A DNA stretch of 64,000 nt, from positions 2,803 to 66,802 of the forward strand of contig JAGCFX010000056.1 of the NCBI GenBank assembly GCA_017649925.1, in the 5' to 3' direction. Below, piece by piece: positions 57,886 to 64,000 of the stretch (position 1 is the stretch's first letter; the number at the start of each line of letters is the position of its first letter). Under the pieces are notes generated by a model, which did not search any database, was not told where the DNA came from, and saw only the letters and a program-made list of their open reading frames with translations. The stretch comes from Paludibacteraceae bacterium. Lineage in GTDB: Bacteria; Bacteroidota; Bacteroidia; Bacteroidales; Paludibacteraceae. The position numbers and the translations under genes are program-made.

Positions 57886-59639
57886 GCTGCTATTTGTTTT
57901 TCTGCTACCAGATCATCAAGTTTCTTGCGGTAGTCCTCGAAATCTTTGGAGAGGAACTCGCAATAGTTCATCTGTTTGCAGAGGTTGATAATTCGCTTGA
58001 AATAGTCAATAACATCAAGGAAGTTATCGAAATCGTAGTCGTGTTTGCAGATGTCCATAACGAGACGGAGCATGTACTGCTGGCGATCGAGCGGACAAAC
58101 GGCGTCAATCTTATCGAAAGCGTCCTGCTGGAGAATGACAAAGTCAATGACTTCGGATTTCCAGAACGCCTCGTGGTAATCCACAGGTACCCCATCATCT
58201 CCAAGGATGTTAATCTGTTCTTGAATCTCCTTGCCGCGTTGCAGATAAGTCTTCATATCGTTGACCATCGGCAGCCAGTTCTTGTCAATAAGACCGGAGA
58301 TATATTCCTCAAACTCAGGGTATTCCACATATTTGGAGTACGAGTCGATGGGATTCACAGCCGGGTAACGCTTGCGGTCGGCACGCGCCTGCTCAAGGGC
58401 ATAGAAACACCGCGCCACTTTCTTCGTTCCTTCAGTCACAGGCTCCTTGAGGTTACCTCCGGCAGGCGAAACGGTACCGAGGAAAGTGACAGAACCGGTA
58501 GCACCGTTATTCAGATAGACATAACCCGCGCGGGCATAGAAAGCGCCGATGATAGCGGAGAGGTCCATTGGGAAAGCATCCTGACCGGGCAACTCCTCCA
58601 GACGGTTACTCATCTCACGCAGCGCCTGTGCCCAACGGGACGTCGAGTCGGCCATGAGAAGCACGCGCAGACCCATCGAACGGTAGTACTCCGCGATGGT
58701 CATGGAGGTATAAACAGAAGCCTCACGGCTTGCCACCGGCATGTTGGAAGTGTTGGCAATGATAATGGTACGCTCCATCAGTTTGCGGCCCGTGTGCGGG
58801 TCATCCAGTTCAGGGAACTCCGTGAAGGTCTCCACCACCTCGTTAGCACGCTCACCGCAGGCAGCGATAATAACGATGTCTGCTTCCGCTTGCTTGGAGA
58901 TGGCGTGCTGAAGGACGGTCTTACCGGTACCGAACGGCCCGGGAATAAAACCTGTACCCCCCTCGCAGAGCGGGTTAGCTGTGTCAATGGTGCGCACACC
59001 TGTCTCCAGCAGTTTGAAAGGCCGCGGTTTCTCGCGATAAGCAAGGATAGCTTTCTTTACCGGCCATTTCTGCACCATTGTCACTTCATGATCCTGACCT
59101 TCCGCATCCGTAAGGACAGCCATCACGTCATTGATAGTATATTCACCTGCGGGTTTTATCGATTTCACCGTATAAATTCCCTCAAAGACGAACGGCACCA
59201 TGATCTTATGCGGCTGGTGGTTCTCGTCCACTTCTCCGAGCCAAGAAGCGGCTTCTACCTTATCACCGGGTTTAGCGATCGGCTTGAAAGCCCATTTCTT
59301 CTTGTCGTCGAGCGGGAAGTTATACTCGCCGCGCTTGAGGAACACACCCGTCAGTTTGTCGAGGTCGTTCTGCAAGCCATCATAGTTACGGCTGAGCAGA
59401 CCCGGACCGAGCGTTACTTCGAGCATGTGACCGGTGAATTCGACCTTATTGCCTACTTTGAGGCCACGAGTCGATTCAAACACCTGCGCATAAACGTTAG
59501 CGCCAATCACCTTGATGACCTCCGCCATCAGTTTGGTTTCACCAACGTAGATGTAGCAAATCTCATTTTGTGCTACCGGACCATCGACCGCCACCGTTAC
59601 GAGGTTCGCGATGATTCCTTTTACTTTTCCTGTTGTCAT
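57882..59639 (-). CDS. ntpA: V-type ATPase catalytic subunit A
   Basis: Walker A GPFGTGKTV, 585 aa. Confidence 0.95.
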   Translation of the reverse strand: MTTGKVKGIIANLVTVAVDGPVAQNEICYIYVGETKLMAEVIKVIGANVYAQVFESTRGLKVGNKVEFTGHMLEVTLGPGLLSRNYDGLQNDLDKLTGVFLKRGEYNFPLDDKKKWAFKPIAKPGDKVEAASWLGEVDENHQPHKIMVPFVFEGIYTVKSIKPAGEYTINDVMAVLTDAEGQDHEVTMVQKWPVKKAILAYREKPRPFKLLETGVRTIDTANPLCEGGTGFIPGPFGTGKTVLQHAISKQAEADIVIIAACGERANEVVETFTEFPELDDPHTGRKLMERTIIIANTSNMPVASREASVYTSMTIAEYYRSMGLRVLLMADSTSRWAQALREMSNRLEELPGQDAFPMDLSAIIGAFYARAGYVYLNNGATGSVTFLGTVSPAGGNLKEPVTEGTKKVARCFYALEQARADRKRYPAVNPIDSYSKYVEYPEFEEYISGLIDKNWLPMVNDMKTYLQRGKEIQEQINILGDDGVPVDYHEAFWKSEVIDFVILQQDAFDKIDAVCPLDRQQYMLRLVMDICKHDYDFDNFLDVIDYFKRIINLCKQMNYCEFLSKDFEDYRKKLDDLVAEKQIAA

Positions 59640-59660
59640 ATCTTAAAATTCTGTAATTTT

Positions 59661-59708
59661 CGTTGTTTTCGTATTATACGTAAACTACGTAGCCTACGTA
59701 AACTACGC
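59661..59708 (+). repeat. 9-nt-periodic CGTWGTTTN repeat tract (copy D, intercistronic)
   Basis: CG at 59661, 59670, 59679, 59688, 59697 and 59706. Units are cgttgtttt, cgtattata, cgtaaacta, cgtagccta, cgtaaacta. Confidence 0.85.
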
Positions 59709-60317
59709 GTCAAGTTTTACGTCTTTCTTCATATCTGCCACTAACTCACGGAAGATCTTTTCGCCTTCTTCAACGGTTAGTATCGACCAGCGATGGAGCA
59801 TTACGGCTTCCAGATAATAGGCAAAGACCATCTCCGAGGAGAAGAAATCAAACTCCGTTCGATCTTGCAGCCATGTAAAGCGGATGGCATCCTGTGCTTT
59901 CTCGCGTTGCATGAGGTCCTCGATGCCTGCCAACGCCAAGATCTCTGTCCAGTCGCCGGTCACTTCATTCAGTCCGAAGTCCTTCTGCGTGGTGTGTGTG
60001 CGGAGTTGTTCCGCCACTTCTCCTTCACCAACTATTTGAGTCTTGGGATCAAAGCCATGCTTGCGGCATATCTGCGCCACGAGGACGTTATTCATGTTCT
60101 GGTTGAAAGCAAACCACTCTCGCACGAAGCGGTTCTTTGCTTTTAGTCCCTCAGCCAGGATAGCCTCGTCCATCGGCGCGCGCAACATGTCCAGCAGTTT
60201 CTTATCGGACGCCGACAACTGTTCATCGAGCAGTTCATCCAATTTCTCCATTGAAATCGGACTATCACTTCCCGCCTTCAGTTCCGGCAGTCCCGCCAAT
60301 AAATACTCGTAAGTCAT
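59703..60317 (-). CDS. DUF2764-type protein (V-ATPase subunit C-like)
   Basis: 204 aa, sitting between ntpE and ntpA as in other Bacteroidetes V-ATPase operons. Confidence 0.65.
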   Translation of the reverse strand: MTYEYLLAGLPELKAGSDSPISMEKLDELLDEQLSASDKKLLDMLRAPMDEAILAEGLKAKNRFVREWFAFNQNMNNVLVAQICRKHGFDPKTQIVGEGEVAEQLRTHTTQKDFGLNEVTGDWTEILALAGIEDLMQREKAQDAIRFTWLQDRTEFDFFSSEMVFAYYLEAVMLHRWSILTVEEGEKIFRELVADMKKDVKLDA

Positions 60318-60318
60318 A

Positions 60319-60903
60319 TTAGAACAGTTCCTCTACTAACTGTGGACGGAGCATTTCTTTAAAATACGCGATGAACTCGGTGTCACCAAAGGCCAGTTTG
60401 TAACCGCCTTTTGCCGGCTGGATAGTGAAGTCCGTTTTAATACCCTTCACTTCCGCGATCTTGACGCCCTTATCGAGCAGACCTTTGGCGTTAGCGGCAA
60501 AATACTTGCGCAGCGCCTCTGCGTCCTTAGCCTCGATTAGCACCTCGCCGTTCTTTGCCATCTGTTCCGCCAGTTTGGCGATGATTCCTTGCATAAACTT
60601 CGCGTCAGCAGCAGCGGCTTTGACACTATCTGCAGCAATCTTATCCGCCAGCAGGTTAACAATCTCCATCTTCACGGCATTGACGCTCTGCTCTGCATAC
60701 AACTTGAGTTCCGCGCGCGTCTTCTTGTCCAAGTCAGCGGATTTGTGCTCCGCTTCTGCTACAAGTGCAGCTGCTTTTTTCTCTGCTTGTGCAATAATTT
60801 CTGCTGCTTTCGCATTGGCCTTCTCAACGATTTGTTGTGCCTCGGCGTTGCCTTTCTCTACGCCCTCTGCGTAAATTTTGTCGGTTAATTCAGATAAATT
60901 CAT
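60319..60903 (-). CDS. ntpE: V-type ATPase subunit E
   Basis: Ala/Lys/Glu-rich coiled-coil N-terminus with a globular C-terminus. Confidence 0.8.
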   Translation of the reverse strand: MNLSELTDKIYAEGVEKGNAEAQQIVEKANAKAAEIIAQAEKKAAALVAEAEHKSADLDKKTRAELKLYAEQSVNAVKMEIVNLLADKIAADSVKAAAADAKFMQGIIAKLAEQMAKNGEVLIEAKDAEALRKYFAANAKGLLDKGVKIAEVKGIKTDFTIQPAKGGYKLAFGDTEFIAYFKEMLRPQLVEELF

Positions 60904-60939
60904 ATTGTTTGATATTTGATATTAGTCATTTTGTCGATT

Positions 60940-61569
60940 TCAACGGATAAAATTCGTTTGCGTGACTGCTTCGCGTTGAGGTACGGGTTCGTTTTGCAAC
61001 CCACGTAGCACGCGCGCCATGTTGTGCGCCAATGTGCGCATGGTCTGCATGCCTTCCTTGTCTTGCACCACTTCTCCTTCGTCACGCCCGTAAGCGATGC
61101 TCCAATATTGGGACGTCACAATGGGCATATTCATTATTTGCATGGGCATGAGCAGCGATTGTAACGCAGCCGTTGCCCCACCCCGACGGCAGATAGCGAC
61201 AGCAGCGGCGGGCTTGTTACGCAGCGCATCTCCGTTACTGAGGAATGCGCGCTGCATAAAAGACAGCAAGGCACCGTTCGGCTGACCATAATAGACAGGA
61301 GAACCAAACACGAAAGCATCTGCGTCAGCGAACTTAGCAGAGATAGCATTACAGTTATCATCATTGAAAATACAGCCCTTATGACCGTCAGAATACGGCA
61401 CTCCGGACCTACACTGATAACAGGCAGCACAGCCACGCATAGGACGATTGCCAATCCATACAATCTCACTTTCAATACCTTCCGATTGCAGCGTCTTGGC
61501 TATCTCGCTCAGCGCCACAAACGTATTTCCGCCCTTGCGGGGACTGCCATTGATTAGAAGTACTCTCAT
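60940..61569 (-). CDS. flavodoxin-like NAD(P)H-dependent FMN reductase / iron-sulfur flavoprotein family
   Basis: Start at the ATG at 61569 (MRVLLINGSPRKGGNT). CAACYQC cluster. Confidence 0.75.
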   Translation of the reverse strand: MRVLLINGSPRKGGNTFVALSEIAKTLQSEGIESEIVWIGNRPMRGCAACYQCRSGVPYSDGHKGCIFNDDNCNAISAKFADADAFVFGSPVYYGQPNGALLSFMQRAFLSNGDALRNKPAAAVAICRRGGATAALQSLLMPMQIMNMPIVTSQYWSIAYGRDEGEVVQDKEGMQTMRTLAHNMARVLRGLQNEPVPQREAVTQTNFIR

Positions 61570-61663
61570 GAGCAAAGCAATTTTGTGCGCAAAATTACAA
61601 AAAAAAATTGACACACACAATAGTGTATGTCATTTTTTAGCATTTTTTGTCAATTTGTGGCAA

Positions 61664-62386
61664 TTATTCGTACTTATCGTCTCCGTGGTAGAGGATCGGA
61701 TGTGCCAGTTCATTAATGCATCTGTGTGCCTGGTGTTGCATTTTAATGCAGAAGAAGATAAGCACAAAGAAAGCTATACCACCTACTACCGGATCTGCCA
61801 TTCCGCTCATAGCTAATGAATCGTAGACGCCGTGGGCCATAAAAGGCACAAAGAATATGCAGAAGGCGTTTTTGAAGGAGTGATCAATGAAGTGGTAAAC
61901 CGAGTAATAATACCCCATAATGATGGCGAAAGCATAATGTCCGGGGACAGCCAGTAAGGCTCGCATGATGGCTACAGAAGTCCAGTTTTCCGCGTCGACC
62001 ACATACAGGACATTCTCCACAGCGGCAAAGCCCAAACCGATACAAACAGCATAAACTATTCCGTCAAAAGTCTCGTCAAAATGGGGATTTTTTCGCAAAA
62101 CAATCCATAATGCGAGTAACTTAGCCGCCTCTTCCGGTGCCGCCGCTACACAGAATGCGCGGATAGTGGTGCCAAAAAGCGTTTCCGGAGTAGTATTATT
62201 TCCGAAAAGGCCACTCAAGATGAATAACTCCGCCACAGCCACTGGCAAACATATTGCAGTGCCCCATAAAAATGCTTTGATAATGCCCCACATTGGCTCC
62301 TTGTGCGGGTCTTTCCGGTAAACATAGCCGAGGAGCACAACTACCGGCAGCAGAGCCGCTGTGTACATAAGAATAGTTTTTAGCAT
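61664..62386 (-). CDS. PrsW-family intramembrane protease
   Basis: Multi-TM protein with the EEAAKLL motif and HGVYD. Confidence 0.75.
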   Translation of the reverse strand: MLKTILMYTAALLPVVVLLGYVYRKDPHKEPMWGIIKAFLWGTAICLPVAVAELFILSGLFGNNTTPETLFGTTIRAFCVAAAPEEAAKLLALWIVLRKNPHFDETFDGIVYAVCIGLGFAAVENVLYVVDAENWTSVAIMRALLAVPGHYAFAIIMGYYYSVYHFIDHSFKNAFCIFFVPFMAHGVYDSLAMSGMADPVVGGIAFFVLIFFCIKMQHQAHRCINELAHPILYHGDDKYE

Positions 62387-62407
62387 AATGTATTTATATT
62401 CAATTAG

Positions 62408-62860
62408 TTATTCTTTATCAAGATAGCTGTTCAGGATGGCCTTGCAGGCCGTATAAATATCTCGGTATGCAGCCTCAAAATCACGTGTGTACCAAGGGTC
62501 AGACACATCTCTATTTTCACCGGCCCATTTCATCATCAGTGAGGTCTTCTCATCGCGGATAGGGAGCCACGCAATATTGGCCTTGTCGGCACAGATAATA
62601 GCATCATAATAGTCATACTCTTGAACCGATATTTGGTGGGCGTGGTGCGGACCAAAAGGAATATGATTTTCGCGCAATTTGAGCTTTGCCGGCGGGTAGA
62701 TGTCATTGCCGATTTCTTCCGTTGAAACCGCAGCAGAAGCGACCTCAAAGCGGTCTTCCACCCCAGCCTCTTTTGTCAGATATTTGAATATATATTCAGC
62801 CATAGGAGAGCGGCAAATATTGCCGTGACAAACAAATAATATGCGCGTTACCGGTTTCAT
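62408..62860 (-). CDS. low-molecular-weight protein-tyrosine phosphatase
   Basis: P-loop CHGNICRSP and a DP motif. Confidence 0.9.
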   Translation of the reverse strand: MKPVTRILFVCHGNICRSPMAEYIFKYLTKEAGVEDRFEVASAAVSTEEIGNDIYPPAKLKLRENHIPFGPHHAHQISVQEYDYYDAIICADKANIAWLPIRDEKTSLMMKWAGENRDVSDPWYTRDFEAAYRDIYTACKAILNSYLDKE

Positions 62861-62870
62861 AGCAATACAC

Positions 62871-63356
62871 TTACCAGATAGCTTGAATCAGGGCGACAGT
62901 CATGAGCCCACAGCAGATCAGTTTGATGACTGTACCAAAGAGAAGGCCGATAAAACTACCCCATCCTGCTTTGAGGGCTTCTTTGATCTCTTTGCCGCCC
63001 AGCAGTTCACCGAGGATAGCGCCTGCCAGCGGGCCTACAATAACGCCCAGAGCGCCAAAGAAAAGACCTACAAAAACTCCAAGCGTACTTCCCCACACTC
63101 CCCACTTGGTGCCGCCAAATTGCTTGGTGCCCCACGCGGGAACGACGTAGTCAAGTACAGAGACCACAATAGTGACAATTCCCCAGATAAGAAGAAATTG
63201 CCAGGAGAAATCAATGCGGTCGGTTGCTTGTGCGATCCATAGACCGGCATAAGCAATAGGTGTGCCGGGCAGCCCGGGGATAATGCAGCCGATAATACCA
63301 ATCAGCATGCAAAGCCCTGCTATTATCAATAAGAAAATATCCATACTTGTAACCAA
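62871..63356 (-). CDS. DUF456 family membrane protein
   Basis: Four TM helices rich in Gly. TTG at 63356 or ATG at 63344. Confidence 0.65.
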   Translation of the reverse strand: MVTSMDIFLLIIAGLCMLIGIIGCIIPGLPGTPIAYAGLWIAQATDRIDFSWQFLLIWGIVTIVVSVLDYVVPAWGTKQFGGTKWGVWGSTLGVFVGLFFGALGVIVGPLAGAILGELLGGKEIKEALKAGWGSFIGLLFGTVIKLICCGLMTVALIQAIW

Positions 63357-63395
63357 ATGCGGTGCAAAGGTACAAAGAATTTTTTATATACACAA

Positions 63396-63417
63396 GAAAA
63401 AACGCCCCGAAGGACGT
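63396..63417 (-). terminator. intrinsic terminator after the pyrophosphatase gene
   Basis: The minus strand reads ACGTCC-TTCG-GGGCGT followed by TTTTTT. Confidence 0.75.
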
Positions 63418-63440
63418 TTTTTCTTCATTTTAAGCGATTA

Positions 63441-64000
63441 TTATAAGAGGTGATAGGTAACGGTCAGACCGGCCATCACGATGCTTACCATCGACATCAG
63501 TTTGATGAGGATGTTCAGCGACGGACCCGATGTGTCTTTGAACGGGTCACCTACGGTGTCACCTACAACGGTTGCTTTGTGGCAGTCAGAGCCCTTGCCG
63601 CCGAAATGACCTTCCTCTACATATTTCTTTGCGTTATCCCAAGCACCGCCGGCGTTAGCCATGAAGACGGCGAGTACGAAGCCTGTTGCCAGACCACCGA
63701 TAAGGAGACCAAGCACACCTGCTACGCCCAATACCAGACCCGTGATGATCGGCACTACGATAGCCAGGATGGACGGTAACAACATTTCATGTTGTGCACC
63801 TTTGGTGGAGATGGCTACGCAGCGTGCGTAGTCCGGATCAGCCTTGCCTTCAAGGATGCCCTTGATGGTTTGGAACTGACGACGAACCTCTTCTACCATC
63901 TTCTGTGCAGCACGACCTACGGCGTTCATTGTAAGACCGCAGAACAGGAAGGCCATCATTGAACCGATAAAGATACCTACGAGTACAATCGGGTTCATTA
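63441..64000 (-). CDS. hppA: membrane-bound ion-translocating pyrophosphatase, C-terminal part only (gene continues past window end)
   Basis: GDTVGDPFKDTSGPSLNILIKLM block. The frame is open to nt 64000. Confidence 0.9.
   Translation of the reverse strand, partial: MNPIVLVGIFIGSMMAFLFCGLTMNAVGRAAQKMVEEVRRQFQTIKGILEGKADPDYARCVAISTKGAQHEMLLPSILAIVVPIITGLVLGVAGVLGLLIGGLATGFVLAVFMANAGGAWDNAKKYVEEGHFGGKGSDCHKATVVGDTVGDPFKDTSGPSLNILIKLMSMVSIVMAGLTVTYHLL

Noticed and set aside
57894-59744. 616-codon ORF antisense to ntpA. Similar long antisense ORFs occur at 6225-6989, 25517-26452, 31306-32193 and 13857-14636.
   Set aside because: Where I checked the phase (57894, 6225, 25517, 31306), the antisense frame is codon-aligned with the sense gene. 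Antisense stops would then require the sense codons TTA, CTA or TCA, which these genes avoid. The translations are low-complexity and His/Arg/Val-rich. These are shadow ORFs produced by codon bias.

Overview
This is a chromosomal window from a Bacteroidota genome, Bacteroidales and Prevotella/Bacteroides-like. The assignment rests on TAnnTTTG -7 promoter boxes ahead of most operons, no Shine-Dalgarno signals, many lipoproteins and the gene content.

Gene order, left to right:
- **1-7.4 kb:** EPS/capsule export genes (fcl, a deacetylase-like gene, two Wza-type exporters, a Wzc-type BY-kinase) and a DUF1846 gene.
- **7.4-13.2 kb:** a cobalamin-uptake locus with a riboswitch-like leader, a TonB-dependent receptor, a BtuG-like propeller lipoprotein, a DUF4465 lipoprotein and a BtuF-like binding protein.
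- **13.1-16.9 kb:** a GH13 amylase, a CWC mini-protein, a YihY protein, and tRNA-Gly(CCC) directly abutting a very compact RNase P RNA.
- **17-30 kb:** housekeeping genes including mgtC, rluA, rplM-rpsI, rpsB-tsf, recQ and gltX.
- **30.9-34.9 kb:** the Na+-translocating methylmalonyl-CoA decarboxylase operon.
- **34.9-42 kb:** a histidine kinase, ispE, an acyl-CoA ligase, an HTH regulator and lon.
- **42.1-52.1 kb:** a visibly AT-rich island of about 10 kb, with every gene on the minus strand.
- **52.2-64 kb:** fabD fused to a V-type ATPase operon, then flavodoxin-like, PrsW, LMW-PTP and DUF456 genes and a truncated pyrophosphatase.

The island is the best candidate for new biology. It holds a TerY-P triad (Ser/Thr kinase, vWA, PP2C phosphatase) extended by a two-TM protein and a lipoprotein. 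It also holds a separate six-gene block (Sel1/TPR, LRR and four unknowns) with no recognisable enzyme.

Other points worth a second look:
- A 9-nt-periodic CGTWGTTTN repeat family occurs in intergenic DNA and in frame inside fabD and ntpI.
- Two small genes and a structured spacer are inserted between ntpA and ntpB.
- Three convergent gene pairs have overlapping 3' ends.
- A secreted protein is built from decapeptide repeats.

No CRISPR array, rRNA, transposase or integrase was seen.
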